Shown here: one piece after another, positions 9,173-16,849 of the stretch
Numbering within the stretch: position 1 is the stretch's first letter
How the letters are laid out: each line of letters starts with the position of its first letter
Made by a program: the position numbers and the translations under genes
Assembly (NCBI GenBank): GCA_035573595.1
Contig: DATMZP010000605.1
Location: 1-27,475, forward strand
DNA length: 27,475 nt
Direction of reading: 5' to 3'
From: Hyphomicrobiaceae bacterium
Lineage (GTDB): Bacteria; Pseudomonadota; Alphaproteobacteria; Rhizobiales; Hyphomicrobiaceae
Notes under the pieces: generated by a model
What the model was told of the DNA's origin: nothing
What the model saw: the letters and a program-made list of their open reading frames with translations, nothing else
Database searches by the model: none

Positions 9173-9255
9173 GCGCGGCCGCAGACGCGGCGCTGCCCTT
9201 GGCGACTCTCCTGGGCAACTTGACTCGATGATCGTGCCGGGACTAGCGTCGCCTC

Positions 9256-9379
9256 AGGTCGATTGGGCGACCCACGGACCGCGTAAAGGGTATAACCCGC
9301 CTCTTCAGTCGCGAGCCCACCTCGCCTTCTTTCTTGCCCGAGAGTTGCGGTCGCCGGGCGCAGGGAAAGAAGGTGTCCC
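9256..9379 (+). ncRNA. Candidate structured cis-regulatory leader of the ankyrin gene
   Basis: Visible pairings: GGCGACC 9266-9272 with GGTCGCC 9349-9355; CCTTCTTTC 9325-9333 with GAAAGAAGG 9365-9373 (covers the RBS); CGCGA 9310-9314 with TTGCG 9345-9349. No named Rfam family recognised. Confidence 0.35.
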
Positions 9380-10894
9380 ATGCCGACCGATTCTCGTCGC
9401 GCTGTTCCTCGTCGGGCTGCCCCTCGTCAGGCGCTGCCCGCGAACCCCGATCTCGACTGGCTCAGGAAAGCCGCCAAGAAACGGCTCGCCGAGCTGCGTG
9501 CCCGCGATCCCGAGGCCAGGCTGCACCAGGCCCAGCTTGCCGTCGCCCGCGACTACGGGTTCGCGAGCTGGCGCGCCCTCAAGGCGCACGTCGATGCCAT
9601 CGACCCGGCCCGGCGCACACATGCCTCCGCGTTCGCGGCGGCCCGCGCGGGCGATGCGGAGGCCGTCCGCCGCGCGCTCGCAGCGGGGTTCGATCCGGCC
9701 ACCCGCGATGCCGACGGCCGCACGATCCACCAGATCGCCAAGGAGTTGCGACACGAGGCCGTCGAGCTGCTCGCCCGCGACGCCCAAGGGGGCAGCGTCG
9801 CCCGCCCAGAGCATGAGACACAGGCCATCCGCGACCTCCTCGGCGCCGCGCAATCCGGCGATGTGGAGGCGCTCGCCGCCGGCCTCGACGCGCATCCCGA
9901 GCTGATCGATGCGCTGGGCGGCCGCGGCTTCCAGAAGGCCACGGCCCTGCACCTGGCGGTGCTGCGCAATCGCCATGCCGCGATCCGCCTCCTGATCGAG
10001 CGCAGCGCCGATCTCGACCGCCGCGACTTCCCCGACAACGCCGCGCCGCTGCATTTCGCTGCGGTGCACGGCGATATCGAGACCGTCAGGCTGCTGGTGG
10101 AGGCGGGCGCCGACGTGGAGGGCAAGGGCGACGATTATGCGGTCGGCGTGCTCGGCTGGGCCACGTGCTTCGGCCAGGTGCGGGAGGATATCGCCGCCTA
10201 TCTCCTGAGCCACGGGGCGACGCTCAATGTGTGGACGGCGATCGCCCTCGATCGGCCGGATGAGCTACGGACCTTGATTGCCCGTGACCCTGCTCTGCCC
10301 GGCGCGCGCATGACGCGCAACCAGCATCGCCGCACGCCGCTGCATCACGCCGCGGCGAAGGGCCGACTGCGGATGGTCGAGCTGCTGCTGGGGCTCGGCG
10401 TCGATCCGAATGCGACCGACGCGACCGGCGCCACCGCGCTGACGACCGCCTCCCAGGAGCGGGCCGATGCGCAAATCGTCGCGGCGCTGCTGGCCGCCGG
10501 CGCGCGGCTCGACCTGCTGGCGGTCGTCAACGCCGGGCGCCATGCCGAGGCGGAGGCGATGGTGCGCGACGACCCGGCGCGCATCGGCCCCGACGGCGCT
10601 GATACGATTGCGCTCCACCTTGCGGTGAGCAAGCGGAACCTCACGACCCTGCGGTGGCTGCTGGCGCACGGCGTCGCCGTCAATGCCAAGCGGCCCCTGT
10701 GGGACTGCAACCACACCGCCCTGCACATGACGGTGGAGAGCGGCGCCATCGAGATCGCGCGGCTGCTGCTGGACGCCGGCGCCGACCCCAACATCCGCGA
10801 CGACAAGTATCACGCCACCGCCCTGGGCTGGGCCGACTTCTTCGGCCGCAGCGACTTCGCCGATCTCATCCGCGAGAAGGGCGGCGCCAAGTGA
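9380..10894 (+). CDS. Ankyrin-repeat protein with a conserved N-terminal helical domain
   Basis: Several ANK motifs (TALHLAV, APLHFAA, TPLHHAA, TALHMTV, GADPNIRD). The N-terminal LPANPDLDWLRKAAK...QAQLAVARDYGFASWRALKAHV segment resembles a domain I recall fused to ankyrin and glyoxalase proteins. Confidence 0.9.
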   Translation: MPTDSRRAVPRRAAPRQALPANPDLDWLRKAAKKRLAELRARDPEARLHQAQLAVARDYGFASWRALKAHVDAIDPARRTHASAFAAARAGDAEAVRRALAAGFDPATRDADGRTIHQIAKELRHEAVELLARDAQGGSVARPEHETQAIRDLLGAAQSGDVEALAAGLDAHPELIDALGGRGFQKATALHLAVLRNRHAAIRLLIERSADLDRRDFPDNAAPLHFAAVHGDIETVRLLVEAGADVEGKGDDYAVGVLGWATCFGQVREDIAAYLLSHGATLNVWTAIALDRPDELRTLIARDPALPGARMTRNQHRRTPLHHAAAKGRLRMVELLLGLGVDPNATDATGATALTTASQERADAQIVAALLAAGARLDLLAVVNAGRHAEAEAMVRDDPARIGPDGADTIALHLAVSKRNLTTLRWLLAHGVAVNAKRPLWDCNHTALHMTVESGAIEIARLLLDAGADPNIRDDKYHATALGWADFFGRSDFADLIREKGGAK

Positions 10895-10895
10895 A

Positions 10896-10927
10896 GGTGT
10901 CAGACCCTCCGGCCTCCGGGTCTGACA
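10896..10927. repeat. REP-like palindrome, copy 5, with a 7-bp loop duplication and a clipped right arm
   Basis: GGTGTCAGACCC-TCCGGCCTCC-GGGTCTGACA. CCTCCGG is duplicated. It starts 1 nt after the ankyrin stop. Confidence 0.8.
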
Positions 10928-11055
10928 GCCCACGTGCATGCGGCCGAGCGCATCCACGTCGACGACACCATCGTGCCGGTTCTGGTGAAGGGGCAGTGCC
11001 GGACGGGCCGGCTGTGGGCGCAACGTGCCGGCGCAAGCCCTACGAGCTGGCGCGC
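10928..11055 (+). mobile_element. IS66-family transposase (TnpC) remnant, internally deleted and frameshifted
   Basis: AHVHAAERIHVDDTIVPVLVKGQCRTGRLW resembles the IS66 DDE motif (AERLH.DDT.VPVLAKG..TGRLW). A frameshifted RRKPYELAR follows and resembles CWAH.RRK..ELA. No terminal inverted repeats seen. Confidence 0.75.
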
Positions 11056-11298
11056 CGAGGCGGCTCTCGACGTTGGCCGCGCGCCCGGCGTTTTCCTGCT
11101 GCAGCCGTCTCCCTGGTCAGCCATCCGGTGGCCAACCTGCCTGTTTCAGGATTTGCCCGGATGCGCAGGATCGGAATGTCCGTGCATTCTCAAGGTCCTG
11201 GTTGCCGAGAACCGCGGCGGGCTGTCGTCGGCATTCGGCTCGTCCGGGACGACGCGAGCTGGAGCCGAGCCATCAAATCAGCGAGGCAGAACCATACA

Positions 11299-11424
11299 AT
11301 GCGCAGCTTTCTCGTCGCGTGTCTCGTGGCTGCCCTCGTTGCCGTGGGGGCCGCCTATCTGCTCGACACTTTCGTGCAGGAAACGGCATCGGCCGCATTC
11401 TCCACAGAAGCGACGCGCATCTGA
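11299..11424 (+). CDS. 41-aa small protein with an N-terminal TM/signal segment
   Basis: MRSFLVACLVAALVAVGAAYLLDTFVQETASAAFSTEATRI, with GAGG 12 nt upstream and host-like codons. It is the C-terminal end of the 10654-11424 track ORF. Confidence 0.6.
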   Translation: MRSFLVACLVAALVAVGAAYLLDTFVQETASAAFSTEATRI

Positions 11425-11490
11425 GACGGGCGGCTCCGGGTTTCTTCACCCTGGCGTTCGGGTGTTTTCCCGATTGATCGCTCTAGTCTG

Positions 11491-11505
11491 ATAGCCTCTG
11501 GCTAT
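11491..11505. promoter_or_regulatory. Candidate operator upstream of the fdh operon
   Basis: Perfect inverted repeat ATAGCC-TCT-GGCTAT, 85 nt before the first fdh-operon start. Confidence 0.3.
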
Positions 11506-11589
11506 GTGTTGCGACGCCGGTGCGGCCACCTTGTGCGGGCCGCCTTGGCCGCGGCGGCGCCGCACTTGTGCTCGGCAAGGCAGGGCAAC

Positions 11590-11799
11590 ATGCGCCAACA
11601 GATCGATACGCCGATCGGTCGCCGGGACGCGGTTCGCGCACTGATGGCGATGGCACTTGCCACGGCTGCAAGCACCGCACCGTCGGCGCCAGCCGCCGCA
11701 GACGGCGAGACCAATAGCGAAAAGCGCAGAGCGCGCTACCAGGCGGCTTCGCCGGAGGTGCAGACTTTCTACCGGGTCAACCGCTACCCAGCGAGGTGA
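11590..11799 (+). CDS. Small Tat-signal protein of formate dehydrogenase operons
   Basis: MRQQIDTPIGRRDAVRAL...EKRRARYQAASPEVQTFYRVNRYP. Twin-arginine signal and the Y.....V..FYRVNRY tail typical of the small FDH-region Tat target. Confidence 0.85.
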   Translation: MRQQIDTPIGRRDAVRALMAMALATAASTAPSAPAAADGETNSEKRRARYQAASPEVQTFYRVNRYPAR

Positions 11800-11803
11800 G
11801 CCC

Positions 11804-14704
11804 ATGCTGGTGAAGAGGGCCGAAGGCCAAGCTCGACGCCGGGCATCCGTCTCGGCGCTCGCGGCAGGCTCCGCTGCAGAGCTCGATCGCCGCGGCTTCC
11901 TGCGTCGCTCAGGCCTCGCCGTAGGCGGGCTTGCTGCCCTGGGTGTCCTGCCGCTCACCGCTATCCGCAAGAGCGCTGCCGGTCCCCCGCCCCCTCCCGG
12001 CGCGCAGGTGATAGTCCGCAAGAACGTTTGCACCCATTGCTCTGTAGGTTGCACCGTCATGGCCGAGGTGGCCAACGGCGTCTGGCTCGGCCAGGAGCCG
12101 GGCTGGGACAGCCCGATCAACCGCGGCTCGCACTGCGCCAAGGGCGCGGCGGTCCGCGACGATGTGCACAGCGACCGCCGGCTGCGCTATCCGATGAAGC
12201 TGGTGAACGGCAACTGGAACCGCGTCTCGTGGGACCAGGCGATCGATGAGATCGGCGACAAGCTCATGGAGATCCGCGCCAAGTCCGGACCGGATTCGGT
12301 CTACTGGCTGGGCTCGGCCAAGTTCACCAACGAGGCCGCCTACCTCAACCGCAAGCTCGCCGCCTTCTGGGGCACGAACAACTCGGACCATCAGGCGCGC
12401 ATCTGCCACTCCACCACGGTCGCCGGCGTAGCCAACACCTGGGGCTACGGGGCCATGACCAACAGCTACAACGACATCCGCAATTCCAAGACCATCATGG
12501 TCATGGGCGGCAATCCCGCCGTGGCGCACCCGGTTTCGCTGCAGCATGTGCTGGAGGGCAAGGAGCTCAACCGCGCCAACATGATCGTCATAGACCCGCG
12601 CATGACGCGCACTGCGGCGCACGCCACCGAGTACGTGCGCGTGCGCCCCGGCACGCACATCCCCACGATCTACGGCATGCTCTGGCACATCTTCCGCAAC
12701 GGCTGGGAGGACAAGGAGTTCATCCGCCAGCGCGTCTACGGGCTCGACGACGTCAAGAAGGAGGTCGAGAAGTGGCCGCCCGACGAGGTCGAGCGGGTCA
12801 CCGGCCTGCCCGAGGCGCAGGTCAGGCGCATCGCCGAGACGTTCGCTAAGCAGCGTCCCTCGACCCTGATCTGGGCTATGGGACAAACTCAGTTCACTGT
12901 CGGGACAGCAAACGTGCGCGCCAGCTGCATCCTGGTGCTGGCCACCGGCAATGTCGGCCGTTTGGGCGGCGGCGCGAATATTTTCCGAGGCCACGACAAC
13001 GTCCAGGGCGCCACCGACCTGGGGCTCGATATCGTGACGCTGCCGCTCTACTACGGGCTCGAGGAGGGCGCGTGGCGGCACTGGTGCCGCGTATGGGAGG
13101 TCGACTACGACTGGATGGCCTCCCGCTTCGCCGACAAGAAGCTGATGGGGACGCCAGGCATCCCGTCGACGCGCTGGTTCGATGCCACGCTGCTGCCGAA
13201 GGACCAGGTTAGCCAGCCCGACAACGTCAAGGCCATGTTCGTCATGGGTCATGGCGGCAACACCATCACGCGCATGCCAGAAGCGGCCAAGGGGATCGAA
13301 AACCTGGCCCTGCTGGTCGTGTGCGATCCTTATCCGACAACCTGGGCCGTGCTCTCGCAGCGCAAGGACGGCACCTATCTTCTGCCGGCCTGCACCAGCT
13401 TCGAGATGAGCGGCTCACGCACCGCGTCCAACCGCTCGCTGCAATGGGGTGAGCAGGTCGTCAAGCCGATCTTCGAATGCAAGAACGACTACGACACCAT
13501 GTACCTGCTCGCGCGCAAGCTCGGCTTCGCGGATCGGATGTTCAAGAGCATCAAGGTCGAGAACGGCGCCGTCTCGGCCGAGGACATCCTGCGCGAGATC
13601 AATCGCGGCGGATGGTCCACAGGCTACTGCGGCCAGTCGCCGGAGCGGCTGAAGCTGCATATGGCCAATCAGAAGGACTTCGACATCAAGACGCTGAGGG
13701 CCACCGACGGGCCTTGCAAGGGCGACATCTACGGCCTGCCGTGGCCATGTTGGGGCACACCGGAATTCAGGCATCCAGGCACGCCCGTGCTCTACAACAC
13801 CGAGCTGCCGATCAAGGAGGGCGGCGGCACGTTCCGCCCGCGCTTCGGCGTCGAGCGCAACGGCGTCAGCCTGCTGGCCGACGGCTCCTATTCCAAGAAC
13901 TCGGCGATCCAGGACGGCTATCCCGAGTTCACCCTGGCCGTGCTCAAGAAGCTCGGATGGGACAAGGACCTCAGCGCGGCGGAGATGGCGGCCATCGAGC
14001 GAGTGAATCCCGCAAATCCCGACGCGGTGTCGTGGTCCACCGATCTCTCCGGCGGCATCCAACGCGTCGCCATCGAGCACGGCTGCTCGCCCTATGGCAA
14101 CGGCAAGGCGCGCATGATCGCCTGGAACCTGCCCGACCCCGTTCCGGTGCATCGCGAGCCGATCTACACCCCGAGGCCCGACCTTGTCGCCAAATATCCG
14201 ACGCGGCCTGACGCCCGCGAGTTCAGGGTGCCCAATATCGGCTTCACGGTGCAGAAGTCGGCCGTCGACAGGGCAGTCTCCAAGGAGTTCCCGCTGATCC
14301 TTTCCTCCGGGCGGCTCGTCGAGCACGAGGGCGGCGGCGAGGAGACGCGCTCCAACAAGTGGCTGGCGGAGCTGCGCCAGGAAATGTTCGTCGAGATCAA
14401 CCCCGCCGATGCAGCCGAGCGCGGCATCACGGACGGCGCCTGGGTATGGGTCACAGGCCCCGAGAGCAACTCCAAGGCGCGGATGAAGGCGCTGGTGACA
14501 CAGCGTGTCGGCAAGGGGCTGGTGTGGTCGCCGTTCCACTTCGCCGGCTGGTTCGAGGGCGTCGACCAGCGCAGCAAGTACCCCAAGGGCAACGACCCCA
14601 TCGTGCTGGGTGAGAGCGTCAACACGCTCACCACTTACGGCTTCGATCCGGTGACGGGCATGCAGGAGCCGAAAGCCACCCTCTGTCAGGTCCGCGCAGC
14701 GTGA
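11804..14704 (+). CDS. fdhA: Formate dehydrogenase alpha (Mo/W-bisPGD catalytic) subunit, Tat-exported, Cys ligand
   Basis: Tat motif DRRGFLRRS, CTHCSVGC...C 4Fe-4S motif, DHQARICHSTT (Cys, TGC codon), RGHDNVQGA.D, C-terminal SGRLVEH...VEINP.DA. GAGG RBS before ATG 11804. Confidence 0.95.
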   Translation: MLVKRAEGQARRRASVSALAAGSAAELDRRGFLRRSGLAVGGLAALGVLPLTAIRKSAAGPPPPPGAQVIVRKNVCTHCSVGCTVMAEVANGVWLGQEPGWDSPINRGSHCAKGAAVRDDVHSDRRLRYPMKLVNGNWNRVSWDQAIDEIGDKLMEIRAKSGPDSVYWLGSAKFTNEAAYLNRKLAAFWGTNNSDHQARICHSTTVAGVANTWGYGAMTNSYNDIRNSKTIMVMGGNPAVAHPVSLQHVLEGKELNRANMIVIDPRMTRTAAHATEYVRVRPGTHIPTIYGMLWHIFRNGWEDKEFIRQRVYGLDDVKKEVEKWPPDEVERVTGLPEAQVRRIAETFAKQRPSTLIWAMGQTQFTVGTANVRASCILVLATGNVGRLGGGANIFRGHDNVQGATDLGLDIVTLPLYYGLEEGAWRHWCRVWEVDYDWMASRFADKKLMGTPGIPSTRWFDATLLPKDQVSQPDNVKAMFVMGHGGNTITRMPEAAKGIENLALLVVCDPYPTTWAVLSQRKDGTYLLPACTSFEMSGSRTASNRSLQWGEQVVKPIFECKNDYDTMYLLARKLGFADRMFKSIKVENGAVSAEDILREINRGGWSTGYCGQSPERLKLHMANQKDFDIKTLRATDGPCKGDIYGLPWPCWGTPEFRHPGTPVLYNTELPIKEGGGTFRPRFGVERNGVSLLADGSYSKNSAIQDGYPEFTLAVLKKLGWDKDLSAAEMAAIERVNPANPDAVSWSTDLSGGIQRVAIEHGCSPYGNGKARMIAWNLPDPVPVHREPIYTPRPDLVAKYPTRPDAREFRVPNIGFTVQKSAVDRAVSKEFPLILSSGRLVEHEGGGEETRSNKWLAELRQEMFVEINPADAAERGITDGAWVWVTGPESNSKARMKALVTQRVGKGLVWSPFHFAGWFEGVDQRSKYPKGNDPIVLGESVNTLTTYGFDPVTGMQEPKATLCQVRAA

Positions 14705-14729
14705 AGAGGCTCAAGCGAGGAGATGGGCC

Positions 14730-15326
14730 ATGGCGCGCATGAAGTTCCTCTGCGATGCCGAGCGCTGCATCGAGTGCAACGCTTGCGTCACCGCCTGCAA
14801 GAACGAGAACGAGGTACCCTGGGGCATCAACCGCCGGCGCGTCGTCACCATCAACGACGGCAAGCCCGGCGAGCGCTCGGTCTCGATGGCCTGCATGCAC
14901 TGCACCGACCCGCCCTGCGCCGCCGTGTGTCCCGTCGACTGCTTCTACGTGACGGCGGATTCCGTGGTTCTGCACTCCAAGGATCTGTGCATCGGCTGCG
15001 GCTACTGCTTCTACGCCTGTCCGTTCGGGGCCCCACAATATCCCATGGTGGGTAACTTCGGCTCGCGCGGCAAGATGGACAAGTGCACCTACTGCGCCGG
15101 TGGCCCGGAGGCGGACGGGACCATGGCGGAGTTCGAGAAATACGGCGCCAACCGTCTGGCCGAGGGCAAGCTGCCGCTGTGCGCCGAGATATGCTCCACC
15201 AAGTCGCTGCTGGCCGGCGACGGGGAGATCATCGCCCAGATCTACAAGGAGCGCGTCGTCAAGCGCGGCTACGGCTCCGGTGCGTGGGGCTGGATGACAG
15301 CCTACCGCGCGGAGATCGACGTGTAA
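14730..15326 (+). CDS. fdhB: Formate dehydrogenase iron-sulfur (beta) subunit
   Basis: CIECNACVTAC, CMHCTDPPCAAVCP, CIGCGYCFYACP and KCTYC...C 4Fe-4S motifs. Confidence 0.95.
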   Translation: MARMKFLCDAERCIECNACVTACKNENEVPWGINRRRVVTINDGKPGERSVSMACMHCTDPPCAAVCPVDCFYVTADSVVLHSKDLCIGCGYCFYACPFGAPQYPMVGNFGSRGKMDKCTYCAGGPEADGTMAEFEKYGANRLAEGKLPLCAEICSTKSLLAGDGEIIAQIYKERVVKRGYGSGAWGWMTAYRAEIDV

Positions 15327-15382
15327 GGCAGCACGGCGGCGCTGAACCCGATGGATCGTTCACCACTGCGGAGCATGAGCCG

Positions 15383-16411
15383 ATGGCACCCGGGGAAGCG
15401 ACTCGCCTGTCGAGATACATTCGCCTGGCCGCCTATGGGGTCCTGATCCTCGCGATCTTCGCCGTCTCCCCCCCAGTCCGCGCGCAGCAAGACCGGATCA
15501 TCGACCCTGCCGCCAGCGCCGTGAACGAGCAGATGCTGCTCAAGCAGGCACCGCGCATCGAAGGGCGCACCGTGCTCGTCAGCGAGCGGGCCGGTGTCTT
15601 GATGCAGCCTGCAGGAAGGACCTGGCGCTACTTTCACGAGGTGGTTCTGCGCTGGACGGGTGCGATCGTCATTCTCGGCACGGCCCTCGGCCTATGGCTC
15701 GCCTACGCCCTGATCGGACGGCTGCGCATGACCGCGGGGCGATCGGGGATCATGGTTCCCCGCTTCGACGCATTCGAGCGCTTCACCCACTGGATGACCG
15801 CCGCGTCCTTCGTCCTGCTGGCGCTCACCGGGCTCAACGTCACGTTCGGGAAGGTCCTGCTGCTGCCCTTGATCGGTCCAGAGGCGTTCACTGCGCTTTC
15901 AGAGGCAGCCAAGTATGTTCACAACTTCGTCAGTTTCCCGTTCGTGCTCGGGCTCATTCTCATGGCAGCGCTCTGGCTGAGAGACAACGTTCCGCGCCGG
16001 GTGGACATCGACTGGCTGAAGCAGGGCGGCGGCTTCATCAAGTCTCGGCATCCGGCGGCCGGCCGCTTCAATGCCGGCGAGAAGCTGGTGTTCTGGCTGG
16101 CTCTCGCCGCCGGCGCGGCCGTCGCGATCTCCGGCTATATTTTGATGTTCCCCTTCTACGTGACGAACATCCTCGGCATGCAAGGTGCCCAGGTCGTGCA
16201 CAGCGTCATTGCGATGCTGTTCATCGCTCTCATCCTGGGGCACATCTACATTGGCACGCTGGGGACGGAGGGTGCCTTCGAGGCCATGGGAACGGGCAGC
16301 GTCGATCTCAACTGGGCCAGGGACCATCACGCGCTCTGGCTCCAGGAGGAGATTGCCAAGGGGCACGTGACGGGCCCGACCCCAGGGTCGTCGGCAAGAC
16401 CGGCTGAGTGA
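15383..16411 (+). CDS. fdhC: Formate dehydrogenase gamma subunit (cytochrome b)
   Basis: RF..FERFTHW, HNF, GRFNAGEKL.FW, HS...GHIYIGT.G.EGA..AM.TG.VD.NWA..HH..W. Start set at ATG 15383 after GGAG. Confidence 0.92.
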   Translation: MAPGEATRLSRYIRLAAYGVLILAIFAVSPPVRAQQDRIIDPAASAVNEQMLLKQAPRIEGRTVLVSERAGVLMQPAGRTWRYFHEVVLRWTGAIVILGTALGLWLAYALIGRLRMTAGRSGIMVPRFDAFERFTHWMTAASFVLLALTGLNVTFGKVLLLPLIGPEAFTALSEAAKYVHNFVSFPFVLGLILMAALWLRDNVPRRVDIDWLKQGGGFIKSRHPAAGRFNAGEKLVFWLALAAGAAVAISGYILMFPFYVTNILGMQGAQVVHSVIAMLFIALILGHIYIGTLGTEGAFEAMGTGSVDLNWARDHHALWLQEEIAKGHVTGPTPGSSARPAE

Positions 16412-16849
16412 GATCGACCACCCTCTGCGGGCGGAGGCGGCTGCCGATATATGAGCCGCCAGCCCGCCGCCCAGCACCGTAGCGATGACGAGGAGTGTGC
16501 GCGTATCGTGCGGGATGCTACGCGCTCGCGTTGCAGCTCTCGCCGCGGCGGCGGCGATCGGGGCGAAGGCACGGGGGGACTTTCTCAGTCTGGCCCTGGC
16601 TTGCGGCAAACCTGAAGGCTGAAGGCCGGCGGCTGCCGCTGCTGACCGCCCCCGCTGAGGTATGACATCCCGGCAGGCCTCCACGCTGCGCCCTGGAGCG
16701 CCGGATCGCACGATAAACCAAACTTCCATGTTAGCCGCCGCCGGGTCGCCGAGCCCGCCACACTCATATGGCCATTGTGCCTGCAACAGTCGGGCACGCG
16801 TCAGCCAGCGCGTCGCCGCACTGCTCGCACCGCCGCATCGACGTGTATC

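Noticed and set aside
11499-11512. Sigma54-like TGGC...TTGC upstream of fdh
   Set aside because: GG and GC are 9 nt apart, not the strict 10 required.
12395-12415. Possible selenocysteine recoding in FdhA
   Set aside because: The active-site codon is TGC (ARICHS) and the frame has no internal TGA.
16412-16560. Hydrophobic minus-strand stretch TRTLLVIATVLGGGLAAHISAA as a small gene
   Set aside because: No convincing start or RBS, and it runs into the fdhC 3' end. At most an unrecognisable remnant.
16600-16640. GGCAAACC-TGAA-GG as a c-di-GMP-I riboswitch
   Set aside because: The downstream GACGCAAAGC element and P1/P3 stems are absent. The sequence is explained by a CTGAAGG duplication.
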